Source: Lama glama (Eukaryota). From it: a stretch of 64,000 bases of DNA. Positions 40,301-55,024 of this stretch are shown here, piece by piece. Made by a program: the position numbers and the translations under genes. Numbering within the stretch: position 1 is the first letter of the stretch; each line of letters opens with the position of its first letter. The stretch lies in assembly GCA_028534125.1 (NCBI GenBank), contig CM052817.1:54004001-54068000 (forward strand), in the 5' to 3' direction. The notes below the pieces were generated by a model. The model was given only the letters and a program-made list of their open reading frames with translations. It searched no databases and was not told the origin of the DNA.

Positions 40301-40824
40301 TTTTGATAAAAGTTTCAATATTTTTTCATCAGAAATTTTATGCAATAACAATTTTCTACCCCAAGAACGGACAATTTTTAAATAAAGCATTTGATAAATA
40401 AAGTAGGTGACACTAACAAATACCAGATAGAATTCTCAAAGAAATCTCTTGGAGACTCAATTTTTACACATATAACATGGACACCAGTTATTTTACTACC
40501 TCACAAAGTTGATGTGCTTATAAAAATGCATTTAACAATTGTAAAGTATCATATAAGTGCACAAGTTATACTATATCGTATACTATTTGTTGCTGTAGCT
40601 ATCCTTATTAATATCAACATTAGTTATTTGTTTGGGAGATGGGTTAATAACACTTCATTCCAGATAGACTAAGTCTTCTGAGAGAAACCCACAGCTAGAA
40701 GAAATGACACACAGAAAAGCACATAAATTCTTTGGGTTCAGAGTAGGAAGAGGAAAAAACAGATTCATATAAAAAAAAATAAAAGTAAGCCAAGTAAATT
40801 AGTTGTATGCGAAGTATTTTACCT

Positions 40825-41030
40825 GGGATAGTAAATGTTTGAGTTTTATAGTAACCACTTAAACTTTATCAAACATGTTCACATATATCCACTTGTCACT
40901 TTTTTATTTTTTGAAATGACTGGTACTACTCCCAACTTTACAGAGGAGGGAGCAGGTGTGGTGATGTTAAGTAACTTTTCAGGCTCTCAGTAATCAACTA
41001 ATAGTCACTGGACTCCAGAACAGGGACCTG
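40825..41030 (-). mobile_element. MIR SINE
   Basis: ctcccaactttacagagg...gttaagtaactttt. Confidence 0.5.
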
Positions 41031-43207
41031 AAGTTGATGATCCCAATGTCTTGTGAGACAGTGAGTCATGCATTTCATGGTCACTCCGGGAAACTAATTT
41101 AATTCACTCTTACAGGTTCTCAGAAGTATTATGATCTGATACATCTAAATGGCCCAAAATTCATTCAGATGTACTGTGAATCAAGCATTCCAAGGAAGCT
41201 CTGAATTTAAATTATCATTACATAACCAGGCCTTCTCAATTTGAATAGCATGCAGCCATCAGAAAGATAAATTTCTGAACATAAGGTAGAGGGAGTAATA
41301 GGATAACTGAATATTTATTTTTATATAGACTTCTGAAAGAAAAAAAAAAAAACCAAAAACATGTCATTTTAATTAAACCCACATACAAGCTCCAATTTAA
41401 GTGTAGTTGCCATCTACTGATCAACTTTATTTAATCAATGTCATTTAATATGTTGAATGCTATTGGTTACTGGCATTAATTTTAAAGCAATATTGTTTAA
41501 CTTAAAATATGTCTTATGATGACTGCCAGGGACGATACACATCATCACAGGATTAGTAATCAGATACAGAATCATTTGCTGCTAACTTACTCATTCCAAT
41601 ATGGTTCATAGCAGTATAAGAACAAAATTAGTTAAGTATGATAATGAAAAAGTCACCTCTGGGGCAAAAAAGTTCCTCCATTTGCTACAACATACTGTAA
41701 CATATAATAAAAATGATATTGCTATGGTTTCATCAACTATTGAGTAAGTTCTTATTATATATAAAATAATCAGCCTCTTTTCTGCTAAATTTAATAAAGT
41801 GATGTTTGTTTTAACTTCCATTATCCATATAAAAATTATCAGCCCATTATCTCCTGTTTGGTTACAATGTATTTGTAGATGAAGCATTCAAAAATGAATC
41901 TTAAACATAACTATATTTTAAAACATTCTTACATACTAGACATGTAAGGATTGTGTTGGTTGGTTCCATTGTTCTAGTAATCTAATATGATACCATTAAA
42001 ATAATTTATATAAAACACCGTTATATTTATATGCTAGGAGTGTAATCCATAGTGTTCTCCATTAATAAACCCAATTACATATTTTTATTACACTCTAAAA
42101 TTAGTGTGTACAAAAAAAAAACAATCCTGGGGATGTTCAGAAACTTTTCAATTACTGCTTCAGCCGTGTAAATACATAAAACTCCATTTAAAATCACTGG
42201 AATAACAAGATATGATTGTGTTTTAAAAAAGGTAGTTTTGTGAGTCTTCTTGTTAGCAAAATTAGTCATATGAATTTACATTAGTACTTATCAGATGACA
42301 TTTATACAAAAGCATGTGTGATGAAGAAACATATTATACTTAGTATACTTAATTAATTCACGTTATCTAAAATACGGGAAATCAGTCTTTGAATAGTATA
42401 ATAAGGCATTATGTTGTAAGAGGAAAATGTTTTATGCAAAAAAAAGGCACCATCATCACAATACATTAATGTTTTAAATCTGAAAATGGTTAATCAGGGT
42501 AACTAGGAGTTTTTAATTCTCAGGAATGGAATGTAGCAATATGAAAAATGTATATTCATATGTAATAACAACAGTATTTTGTTCACTGTCACTAAACATA
42601 ACTCCTTTTCCTCAAGACTGTACTTTCTGTATGTTCCACTGCCTGTCACTCTGAGTACTGCTAATATGTCATTCACTTTGAATTTAGAAGCCTGTAAAAG
42701 ATAAGGATCTCATGGTAGAATATGAATATATACGTCAAAAAGGAATCATCCAGATCCCAAATAATAAAAGAACTAAATGCTCAGAGAAAGAGAAATCGAT
42801 CATCATAAACATTAAAAATTTCTTTAATTCTTATATTGTCATTATATACCTAGCATTCACAAAGGAATGTGCCAAAGCCAGTGCTGTCCATATACAAGTT
42901 AAGTGGCAATTTAAGAAGAGGAACAAAAGTTATAAGGCCCTAATTTGGTGTTTTTATTTTTGAGAAAATTGATTCTAAATTGTAAACTAAAAATACTGTA
43001 GGATCTTACAGAACACATTGTGACAATGCATGTAAACCAAGTTCCATAATTCATAAGATAATTCTCTAGCTTCATGACTTTCATTTTCTATATTCTTTTA
43101 GATGTAATTTTACAAACACTCTTCATATTAGAAAAATACGATTTGACACAAGCAAGTGAAAACATAACCAAGACGATGAATGAGGAGGACTACAGAAACC
43201 AGGATAC

Positions 43208-43694
43208 TACATTAATTTTCTTGTTGCTTCTGGAACAAATTACCACAAATTTAGTGGCTTAAAACAATGCAAATCTTTTCTCTTATAGGTTTGGAGGCAG
43301 AAGTCCATAACATGTCTTCTAGGGCTAAGACCAAGGTGTTGGCAGGGTAGATTTCACATGGAAGCTCTGGAGAAAATGTCTTCTTGCCTTTTTTTTTTTT
43401 TTTTCATTTTATAGAGGCTGTGTCCTCACTCCTTAGCTTGTCGCCCCACATCACCTTTTTTCATCCTGATTCTAATGTGACATTTCCTTCTTTGACCTTC
43501 TTGTCTCCCTCTTAAAAGGACCCTTGTGATTACACTTAAGGCCCACCTCTATAATCCAGGATAATGTGCCCATCTCAAGAGCCTTAACATTGTCACATAT
43601 GTAAAGTTACCTTGGCCATATAAAGTAGAACTCACAGGTTATGTGGATAACAATGTCAATATCATTGTGGTGGGTCATCATTCAGCCTACCACA
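43208..43694 (-). mobile_element. MaLR solo LTR, MLT1D-like
   Basis: aacaaattaccacaaatttagtggcttaaaacaa...aaggacccttgtgattacac...ataatccaggataat...attcagcctaccaca. Confidence 0.85.
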
Positions 43695-45089
43695 AGCACT
43701 TACGCAAAAAGATATATTAATACTGTGTCTCGTGAGGTGGTCACCCTAAGGAAATCTTACATAGGAAGATGTATATTATTGCAGTGGAAAATGGCTAAGG
43801 TGTCTAATGTCTCTATAACTTACAGTTTTATATATTAAAAGGACGCATAAGACTCCATTTATATATATTATATTTCAGTACAAATGTTTTGATTATAGTT
43901 TGGCTAAAAGATATCATATTATATATTTGTATTGTTTGATCAAAATGGAATTTTCAATGCATAAAGCTTATTGATATAGATGTGAGAAACTGAGTCAGAT
44001 TTGTCTGACCAATAAAGGTAACTTAAAAACATTTTACAAAAACTGGGATGTTGCTTCAATTTTGAACTTACATAAAACTTCATAAATATGAAATATGAAG
44101 TATTAAGAAATTATTATGAAACCTGATTGATTCATAGTAAATTGAACTTATGTTTCAGTGTTAGCACACCTTTCTATTAATAAACAAAAAGTGATTATTT
44201 CGTATCTGCAGAGTTAAATAAATGATTTTATTTTGACAAAGTCTAATTTAAAATACTAATCCTTCACTGCACTAAAAAGATATTATTTGCCTATGTTCTA
44301 AACTTTTTCAGTGGCAATTTAAAAAATAAAAATCTTTCCAGATTTTCTTATTATAATATAAATTTATAAGCCTTAAGGGCTTATTTTAGGAATTTTTCAA
44401 ATTAACTTCACAATATCCTGGAAATACAGAAATATGTTTGAAAATGTGGTAATCTTGCAAGGAAGTCCAATTTCCAAATATTCCACACATCTCTGGGTAA
44501 TATTTGACAGAACAAATTATCATAATCGTCAGTCAGCATCCAAAGAATATTTATGGATCCCATTCCAAAAATAAAATAATTAGCTATGTCAGACATGAAT
44601 ACAATTCATAGCAGCATGTGTTTAAAATAAATGGAAATGTGCTTTTAAAATTAACATGTTCACAAATATTGCTTGGAAATGCATTTCAGTCCTGAGTTAC
44701 GTATCAGTGATTTCTAAGTTGTAATCTTCTGGTGGGAGTTGAATGCTATATGACAATGGCTATATAGAATTATGAAAATCTTTTCATTTAAAAGTAACTG
44801 GAATTGCATCTGTATTAGTTTATTACTGTCTACTTGTGGCAGCATATCAGAGCTGGACATTCCTTCCTTACTTGAATATATGGTTAACTAAATAAATCAG
44901 AGTGTGCATCTGAATTCATTATGTGAAAATATAGCAAATAGAGGTATTACTTGTTTTCTCCTAAATAAAAAGGAACAATATTTTATACATATGTATTTTT
45001 CTTAAGTGAAGTCAATGTTCACTTCACTGACAGTTTTATAAGATATTAATATATGAATTTACTCTCCAGGACTACTTATGTTGTTCCAC

Positions 45090-45502
45090 TTTTTTTAAAA
45101 TTTTTTTTAACATTTTTTATTGATTTATAATCATTTTACAATGTTGTGTCAAAGTCCAGTGTTCAGCACAATTTTTCAGTCATTCATGGACATATACAAA
45201 CTCATTGTCACATTTTTTTCTCTGTGAGTTATCATAACATTTTGTGTATATTTCCCTGTGCTATACAGTATAATCTTGTTTATCTATTCTACAATTTTGA
45301 AATCCCAGTCTATCCCTTCCCACCCTCCACCCCCCTGGCAACCACAAGTCTGTATTCTCTGTCTATGAGTCTATTTCTGTCCTGTATTTACGCTTTGTTT
45401 TTGTTTGTTTGTTTTTGTTTTTTAGATTCCACATATTAGCGATCTCATATGGTATTTTTCTTTCTCTTTCTGGCTTACTTCACTTAGAATGACATTCTCC
45501 AG
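45090..45502 (-). mobile_element. Young camelid-type LINE-1, 5'-truncated (ORF2 C-terminus, 3' UTR, A tail)
   Basis: Minus frame encodes LENVILSEVSQKEKEKYHMRSLICGI*, the L1 ORF2 end. The 3' UTR (plus strand ttttttaacattttttattgatttataatcattttacaatgttgtgtc) resembles camelid L1 as I recall it. Confidence 0.88.
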
Positions 45503-46316
45503 AGACAAATATAATTTATTACACTTCTTACGCATGTTGCAAGGCGTTCTTTTCTTCCCTAAGCTACAAAGCTCCCTACCTGCCATGACAGGGCTAAGAC
45601 AAGAGATACCATGCTGAGTCATTTAGTTAGGTTTTTCTTTGATGATGTGTGATAATTCCAAATCAAACTATTCATGTATGAGAGAAATTAAAAGTAATGA
45701 AATCAAACTTTGAGAATGAGAATTGGAAAGAAAAAGGAATTCTACTAATGCTGGCTACTGAAGTCAGTTAACAGGAAAGCCAAAAAGAGGAACAACATAA
45801 GATGAGCCGGGAAAATGGCTTTGGCTTCCTCACATTTGCTTTTAATAAAGTGCTAAATGAAAGCAAATCAATAATTCTGTGTGTATATGAAGACTATATA
45901 CATACAACTTCCAAAGCAGAATACATAGCAGAGACAAATGAACTTTTGCATCTAACTTTGTCCATATACATAGATTTTTTTGAAGAGTGAAGCAGTAAGT
46001 TTTTATATCACATAAAAAATAATTTTAGTTGTCTTCATGCTTTGTAAGCATAAGGTATGTGGTGCAGCATAACAAACCATGAAAGAAAACCCAAGTATGC
46101 CAGACACTGAAGATCAACAATTCTCATGCATCACTATTCTCTAAGCTACTTCAGCAATGACTTCTGCTATAGGGCTTTGTTGGGTTGGTTCTATTGAATT
46201 AAGTTCAGTCATGACCTCAGACAGAGTCTCATCTCAAGCATATATTCTAACTGCTTTGAATTACGGTATCACCAGGAAGCAATAAGTACAAGTGAAGTGC
46301 AAGGACATTTCTATTT

Positions 46317-46885
46317 GTATCAGAATGCTTTAGGATGAAAAAAAACCCCAGCAAATACAAAGTAAAGTGGCTTAAAAATAAGAGTTACATCAGCTTACAT
46401 ATTAAAAAAAATTGGAAGATGGGCTGGTTCAAGTTGCTTAATTCAGAGATTTAACAAAGTCATGGCTGTGACTTGGATTTTTTGAAATTTTCTTGGATTT
46501 TATCTTATGGTCCTAAGACAGCCACTACATTTGTAGAAGTTATGCAAAGATAAAATCCAGAAAAAGTAAACTTCCTATCTTATGCCTCATTTTAAGAATG
46601 CAGATGTTCTACACATGAACCACTCAGCAAACTACCCTTAATGGGCATTGGCCAAAAAAAGCCAACGAATATGCCTAAAACCATCCCAGAGGGAAAGGAC
46701 ATCCTCATGACTGGTTTAACTCAGTGAAAGTTCATCATCACAGGGCCAGAGAGGTACCCCTAGGCCTCTCTGAAGCACATGGCCAATTACAGGAGAGTGA
46801 ACAAATCAGGGTTATGCTAGTGAGTAAGAAAGCAGGGGTGGTTAGAGGATGGGTTTGTGGGAGGCAAACAACCGTATCTGACATA
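46317..46885 (-). mobile_element. MaLR LTR, MLT1J/K-like
   Basis: cagaatgctttagg...aagtggcttaaaaataa...cattggcca...aacaaatcagggttatgctag...gaggcaaacaac. Confidence 0.6.
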
Positions 46886-48143
46886 CCATTCTCTTAAGTT
46901 CCCTTCTCTAGTGAAAAGCACCCCATATTTAAGATATTATAAAATTTGGAGAATATTTAACAATTGTGTCCCCCAAATGGGGACATATTAAAAAAGTATT
47001 TTTTCAAATTTAAAACTATTTTATTTGTAAGTATGTATATGTTATAAGCATTTCGATATACAGAGTCTGGTTAAACACATTAGAATTCATCCTTACGATG
47101 TGATACTCGACAGACACTTAAAAATGATGATGTAACTCTTCCTTTATTAACCTGAAAAAAAAACCCCTCCATATTGAAATTTAAAATAAAAGCATTAAAA
47201 AATAGTTGTAGAGCTGTATGAAAGCATAAATGTAAAGAATAGCTATGAAGGATTGTAGCAACAGTGATTAACACTGAGATGTAGAATAATTATGATTTTT
47301 CAGTTTCTTAGTACTTTTTCTCCTTTTTACAACAAAGTGAACATTTATTATTTCATGATCATCTCAAAGCATTATTTAAAATTTAAAGAAGATGATAATT
47401 CTTTCAGGACTATCTGTATTAACTATTTCATATTCTGATAATCTTTTAACTCTTTTAACATTTTACATAGTAACATCTATATAATACAGCTTTCATAGGA
47501 GATATTTTTCTGCAAAACTTTCCAAAAGTTTCTCCTGTATTTATTGCACATCTCTCTGCCTCTAAAAACATTAATTTTCAGTATTGAGATGGGAAATAGC
47601 TTCTTTCTAGAGATAATGTACAGGTGTAGGTCACCTAGGAATCTGGCACAATAAAAATCTAGCATGCCACACGTCCAGAAACCTGCTACATATCATTCAC
47701 AACTGGATAACCTCTTCTACAGTTGCTAAGGGCCTTAAGATGATAACAGTGTTAGTTGATCCATCTTAGAATGACTCTGATGGCAACTTATGACATCTTA
47801 TAATGAGAACAGAAATTGTCTTCAAGGATAGTTTAACATTTGTCTTTTTCAAAGTTGTGGTTCTTATTCCATATATTAAAGAAAAATATTCAAATGGTAT
47901 ATAATACTCATATAACACAGTAAATTATCTGAGATATATGCTCTAAAATTTATGCATATTTAGGAAAGCCATCAATAATTTAAAGTTTGTGGTAAAAAAG
48001 AAAAGTGAAAAAAATATGGTATCACAACCCAGCTTTAAAGAGAATAAGCAGCCATTAGGTAAATGCAATGCATTTATTTTCTTGGTTGTCAGATTGTTGT
48101 CTTCACTGATTGGCACTTGGTGTTTCTTTTTGCATTTAGAATC

Positions 48144-48210
48144 AGATAGGTAGATAGGTAGGTAGGTAGGTAGATAGATGATAGATAGATAGATAGACAG
48201 GCAGACAGAT
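48144..48210 (+). repeat. Compound (TAGG)/(TAGA)/(CAGA) tetranucleotide microsatellite
   Basis: Seen directly. Confidence 0.9.
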
Positions 48211-48964
48211 ATTTAATGAATAGTCTACACAGTTTGAATTTTAAGTGAAAGAACTTTGTACTACTGAATCCCCTAAAGTTAAATAATTTTATGTTTTATT
48301 AAAGTTTCTTTTATGATTATGAAATCACATATATGGAATACAAGTAAAATATGCAGCAGAATGCCTAATTCACTGTTTCAGAAAATTTTATAATGAAATA
48401 TAATCATTACTTTATGTCTTAAATCTGAGAAATAAAGTATCAATAAATATCAATATAATTCAACAGTCATTACATTGCCCTTTAAGAACTGTTTCCTTTA
48501 GAGAAAGGAAAGTTTCATACATATTTATAACAACTAATAAACACACAATAAAAATAAAGTTTTTTATGATACCTACTTATGTGTCCACTAAGTACTAGAC
48601 TTCATTATTCACATATATCATAACACTTAACTAGGAGAATGCTCTGATGTAAGCCAATGGTTTCCAAGAACATAGGTCTCCTTTTTAAGAAAAATACTAT
48701 TCTACTATAGAACAATAGTTGTAGTTTTATTGTTTTTTGATTGAAAAAGTCTACAATGCAAAGTTGTCATTTTATTCTTATTATTTTTAAATGGATTTAT
48801 ATTGTATCATTCAAATAATTTTATACATATTTTAAAAATATGCAAAATGTGCAAAAGTAGTATTCAGGTTACTGACAATGCTTGAAATGTGAACTCATTT
48901 TAAGGTACTTAAAAATCCACAGTTAAGAGACTAGATAACATCAGCGATAAAGAAAATATCCTAG

Positions 48965-49145
48965 AATTAAGCTTAGAAACATGTATTTGAACTTATGCTA
49001 TTGTGAAAAACAAGACAAGGTATGTAACCTCTCAGGGCCTCAATTTCTGTTAATGTATCATTATGTTAAGGCTTAAAAACAGTAATATACAGGATAACAC
49101 AACATATAACCCAGGACAGTTATAAGTACTCAATAAATGCTGAGT
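48965..49145 (+). mobile_element. MIR SINE
   Basis: taacctctcagggcctcaatttc...taagtactcaataaatg. Confidence 0.65.
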
Positions 49146-50894
49146 TACTGAGTCAAAGACAAATGATAGTTAATACCAAAAGATAGTAAGAGTTAAATTA
49201 TTGAAAAGGTAAAAATAAAATGAATGTTTTCTAAAAAGTCTTTAATTTGAAATTCCAAATAAAATGAAACAACTCCACAGAAAATCAAGCAAAGCATTCT
49301 ACATCCAAACCTCACAGTTTCACTTTTGAACGACTGGGTTAAATGTACAAAAGCTACTCAGAATAAAGAAGCCACTTTGGACTGTACACTATGCTTTCCT
49401 TCCTTTACACAAGATTGTTATCAACTAAAATTATTAATATACGGTGATCTTTATATCACTATTCCATTAGATCTTATTCATGAACACATTAATTAAAATA
49501 CTCTTGATTAATGGAGACATAAATAGAAAACTATTTAGTTTGGGCTTAGGAGAATTGTGCTGCACTTTAAGATTATGTCCATCTCCAAATACGAAGGATA
49601 TTTTCAACTATTATAATAGACCTTCCTAAAGATAGATAGTGACTAAGAAACATTTGTTGATTTTTAGTAGCTTAGGGAATGAATACATGCAGATGTAGCC
49701 AGAGAAAGTAAGATTAAAACCGCATATACGCTTTAGCTTAAGAAGATTCTGAATCAAAAGATCATTTTCAAAGTAATAACTGTGCAAGCAAACCATTTAT
49801 CTCTCTGACTTTTACTCTACTCATATGTAAAACAACTGTGACAGAGTTTCACCTCCCTACATCAAAGGTAATATAAAGTTGGGGAACATGAGGGAAATGT
49901 AAATATTTTACAATTACAAGGTATAATAACTTCAACAGAGGTGTCACTGAAGCACACATATACAAGAAAGATGGGTAAAACTTCCTATGTTTTCAAAAAC
50001 ATCATTCGACCAAATTCTGAAATTTAAGATTCCAGCATCAATAAGGATCATTCCTGGCATTTGTTAGAGTGTTCAAAGATTCAATCAACAATGCTTCCTG
50101 AAGATAAAAGCTGCTACACTGTTATCTTGGAATTGTTAAGAGAGCACATGAAAAAATGTGTGTGGAAGCCCTATATATCATAAAGAGCTATAAAAAGGTG
50201 AGGTTTTAGCATTTGGTTATAACTAAAATGATCCCCTGAACACCTTTGAATAATCTGCATTTCTATTTCTGGGACAACTTATATAACCAATACATAAGAC
50301 CAAATAAACATTTCAACATTTTTCTCAAAAACAAAAAATAAACAAACAAAAAAACCTGCCTCCTGAACCTCTTTCTACTTCCTCCCAACATATAATCAGC
50401 CCCAATACCCTGTGTGAGCTCTCTCTTATCTCCACTATTCCTTCTTAACCAGCTTCACTACTGCTGCTTTAACTCAGCTTTTTTCATAATCCTCACTTGA
50501 TTTTCATGACCCTTCATTTTCTACAGATTAAAAACTAAACATGACATACCAGGCTCTTCTTAAGTAGCTGCTACTTTCTGATTAAATTAAGTCTCCAGTG
50601 GTTCTAGAATGGAAAGTGTAAAATATAAATACCTGAAAATAAATCACTAAGTTATGCTTATTTCATTTATATTTTATAGATAAGCATAAAGAAATTAAGT
50701 AGTTTCCCCAAGGCTGCACCAACAATGAGGATCTTGGGAAAAGAGCTAAATTCTCTTTGTTCTTCAGTGAAAGGTATTTCTATTTCCTTTCTCTTTGTAG
50801 TAAAGGGAAAATAAAAATTATATTAGGCATTATGTGACATTATCAATTCTTGTAGTATTTTGTATCACACGACATGTTTTTTGAATAGTGAACA

Positions 50895-51800
50895 ATAATT
50901 TGTTCATTTAATTGACATGTTTTAAAAGCTTACTATGTTTCCTGTGATAGGAAGACAAAGATAGATTAGACTTGGCATATGCACTAAAGAGCATGAAATC
51001 TTTTAGAGCAGACACATGAACAGGTTATTAACACACAATTAGTTAAATACAATGATAACTGTATGTACAGGTGACATGAAAAGACCCCTGAGGGTCACTG
51101 TTAAGGGTTGAATTCTGTCCCCCCTAAAAGATATGTTTAAGTGCTAACCCTTAGTATCTCAGAATGTGACCTCATTTGGTATTAGACTTGTTGCAGATGT
51201 AATTAGGTAAAATGAGGTCAGACTGGATGTAGGTGGGCCCTTAATCCTATACGATGAGTGTCCTTATAAAAAGAGGGGGATCTGGACACACAGGGAGAAC
51301 ACCAGAGTCAGAGAATAGAGTGCTGCAGCTGCAAACCAAGGAGTACCAAGGACTGATGGTACAAGGAAGCCAGGAGGGCAAGGAAGGATTCTAACTGGAG
51401 CTTCAAAGATAGCATGGACTTATGACATCTTAGCATTACTGGCTGTCAAAACTGCAATAGGATATATTTGGTTGTTTCAAGCCACCTAGTTTGTGGTGCT
51501 TTGTTTCAGCAGCTCTAGGAAATTAATACAGTCATTTAACCTAGATAGGACAAGGGCTTTCAGGGCAAGTTTCCTGCTCAAGATGACATCAGAATTCAGT
51601 GTTAAGAGATGAGTAATGGTTATCTTGGTGAAATTAATGGGAGAACAGAGAAGGCATTTCAGGAAGATAAAAAGAGAAAGGAAATTGAAACAGCATGGTT
51701 ATACAGAGATCTAGAAACCATTGGGTATTCTTGGAGCAGGAGTCACACAGGCTGGCAAGAGAAGAGGTCAGAGAGGCAAGCAAAGGCTCAAATGTGAGAT
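50895..51800 (-). mobile_element. L2 remnant interrupted by an MLT1 LTR
   Basis: ttgttcatttaattgacatgtttt...tactatg on the left; gggctttcagggcaagtttcctg...agagaagaggtcagagag on the right. Confidence 0.55.
51099..51530 (+). mobile_element. MaLR solo LTR, MLT1C-like
   Basis: tgttaagggttgaattctgtcccccctaaaagatatg...aagccacctagtttgtgg...ctaggaaattaataca. TSD gtcac/gtcat. Confidence 0.88.
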
Positions 51801-51824
51801 TTTATGTAACATGTTAACATATGA

Positions 51825-52015
51825 TAGTGGCTAATACGTATTTATTGCTTCCTCTCTGCCCAGCATTGAGCAACGCGCTTTATGTGCATTATCTTGTCTA
51901 ATCATGACAATGACTCTAACAGGGCTATATACATGTACATGTGAAAAAACAAGGCTTTGAGGATTTGTGATTTATGTAAGGGTTATCCAGCTAGTTATTA
52001 AATGAGTCTAAACTT
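51825..52015 (-). mobile_element. MIR SINE
   Basis: atagtggctaatacgtatttattgct...gctttatgtgcattatct...cagctagt. Confidence 0.6.
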
Positions 52016-52756
52016 GATCTGTTTTGTTAAGTGGGGTCATAGAATGTGTTATAAACAAGGAAGTAATAAGTTCTCATTGCTTTTGACAGAGATTAATCTG
52101 CTATTCATGTAGAAAATGAATCTGTGAAGTACAGGTCTACAGGCATAGGGATTGCATAGCAGAGACGGAGAAAAATTGGTGAATTAAAAACAAAATTAAG
52201 GTAGTAAAACTGGAAGGTCTTGATAATTGGAATGTGAGGAAATGAAAAGAGGGATAAACCATGGCAGACTCTAGGTTTGGGAATTGAATGTCTGGTGGTG
52301 GGACCTCAAAAGCCACAGAAAATATAAGAGGAGCAAAAGTTACAGTTGATCTACATTAGGAAAATGACACATGAAGCACCAGTTCAGTACTGATGTGTGC
52401 ACAACAAGAGCTCTGAATGGCTGCTGATAAAGCTCTGGTGTCCTTCAACAAGCACCGTTCCTCTGCTATACTGTGCTGTAACGTGGCAGAGTGGAAGACA
52501 GCAGCACTCTGTTAAACGGATTCCCATCTTTTGCTCTCCAGTGTTTACTGTTGTCCTTAAAGAGGTTAAGATGTAAGCCTAAATCTCATATGCTAAAATA
52601 ATTAACTTGGTTATCCATCATTTGGTTTTCTAATACATAGTCTGAAATATTTAGCAATTTCCAATGCAGTACACACACATTCGTATAATCAGATTTTATT
52701 GTTGTTGTTTGTTCTTTCTCCAAAGAGACATTTTCAAAATTAATCAGAAAGACCCA

Positions 52757-52803
52757 CTACACCTGAAACTAACACAATATTGTTTATCAACTATACTTCA
52801 AAT
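52757..52803 (+). mobile_element. Extreme 3' tip of a cetartiodactyl LINE-1
   Basis: tacacctgaaactaacacaatattgtttatcaactatacttcaaa. Confidence 0.7.
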
Positions 52804-55024
52804 TTCTCAGAAGAGTAAATACAAGAAATGCTTTAGGTAGTTGGCTACCTGTGGAATTAAAAGGACAACCTGGTTTCTTGGCTTTTGATGTTAAATGGGA
52901 ATTTTTATAACACATTTTAAAGAACTGAGTCTCCAGAGAGAAGAACAGCTATGTGAATAAAATTCCCATACTGTCAGATACTGAGTTACCATCAGTTGGC
53001 AATGTACCTTTGAAGATATGCAATTATGAACAAACATTTATTTACCTAAGGCATATCTGTATGTTTACAGAATTAGCTTTTTGAGGGTTATAGAGTTTGA
53101 GTGTCTTGTATTGATGATAGACAGTCCCTAAAGGCGGGAAAGAAGGTGGCCGTTTCCTTTTGTAGCATTCCCTATGGTCTAATTATGGAGCAATACTTGC
53201 ATCAGCTTGAGGAAAAGCCACTCTACCACTCTGGTGGCTTTTCAGCTGAAAGCAAGTTACATAAAAATGATGGAACGAAAATGGAGAAGCCTACAAGGGA
53301 AGTACAAGAATGGACAGAAGCAAAGGTGAGAAAACACATAAGCTATTTACTGGTTACCATATTTCAAGCACTTCAATCCATTTGATAAGTAAACACATTT
53401 TACAAATATAAGGCATCAAAAGGATAGATATTCCGCAAGAGTATGCAAACTCAAGGGTGTGCTTGCTCCTTTTATAAGGGGAAAAGAATACTGAGAGACT
53501 GACATTGATAGCATGCCAGCTTAGAAAACCAGTGGAAGTTTAGCAGAGAGAGAATAGCAGGGGATAGAAATTAAGTAGCTGCAATGGCTAACTAGGCATG
53601 AGCAAGAGCTAAAGTTAGGAAATTCATTCTTTCAACTCTAATAGAGGATTGGCTTTTTTTTTTTCTTTACCTTCAGTGGAGACCCCCTCTACGAATGCAG
53701 CATATAACTACTACATCTCAACTTGCCAAAATTTACAAAATAGTAAGATAAAAATATGAAAAACCTTCTCTCAACTTGTATTTTACCTAGGAACAAAACA
53801 ATTTATTTACACAGTAATTGTAATATGTGGTTTTAAAATTTAGATTCCAAAATTAAAGGATATAGGATCTAATAAATATTTACCCTAATCTTCAAGAATT
53901 TGAGTTCATTGCATGCATCAATGGAAAAAAGTATAACAGAATACATATTTTTGTATGTTTTTGTATGTTTCAACCAATTTATATACATTTATTGACAATT
54001 TTTATTTCATTCAGCAAATTGTCATATATGTTTAATTTCATGGAGAAAAACTAAAGATACATACTAATCTTTTAAAGGCTTTTTAAGATGTTGATCTACA
54101 CATAAAGGTGATACCAAAAAAGAACACTAAGATATTCATAAAATTTGTATTGCTATCTGCTGAAAGATGAAATGTATGCTTCATTAAAATAATAAATGCC
54201 CTTTGGGCAATAAAGTGAACATGTTTTAATGTTTTATTTCAACATTAAAAATGTAATTTAGAAAATAACATCAAAAGCCACTGGAGAAAACCAAACAGGT
54301 GGGAGGAAGTCAGTCATCAATCTTGAATTTTAACATTGACAAGGAAGCGGGTATTTTTCTTTTAAATCAGTGAGTAAAAAATAATCCACATATATCCAGA
54401 ATCTCAGAAATCCAAAGGAAATAAATGTTTTTACTAAAAACCTAAAGCTATGGTAACATTATATTTGTTTTATTTGAATTAAATTCAAGCCAATTGTATA
54501 CTTAGAGTTCCATAAGAAGAAAAGTAAAATAAATCTTATTGAGAAACTTAGCTCATGCAGAGGTCTAATTTGTCAGTTTATACCATAATTTACCATGGTG
54601 GCGAGCAAATAGAAATCACTGATTACAGAATTTTTGAATGAACTTAACAAACTAGAGAAAAATGAGTCTCAGTTGCCACTAACCACAACCTCAATCTCGA
54701 ACTATTTGCATAAAAGACAGGCATTTGCATAAAAGTAACTCAAACTTTAGGTTAATTATTTTTTCCTACTGTAAAAATGTTTTTGCTTTTATAAACTGTT
54801 TAATTATTTTTAAATTTTATTTAACTTAGTTAACACTGACTTGGCTTAATGGTAAACCTGAGGAAGCACATTACTATTAAATTCAATCATGAAAGATTTG
54901 TTAATGAAGATTTTATGTATACACTATTGCTTTTATTATAACGCTTTTCAAATGTATGACCTTCAGATTACATGACAAGAAATAATTAGAGGCAATCCTG
55001 CATATGTTAAAAACATTTGCTTAA

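Noticed and set aside
45079..45093. Minus-strand AAGTGGAACAAC resembling the 15-nt KVEQK microexon
   Set aside because: It lies upstream of the lectin exon (wrong order), abuts an L1 A tail, and lacks splice sites.
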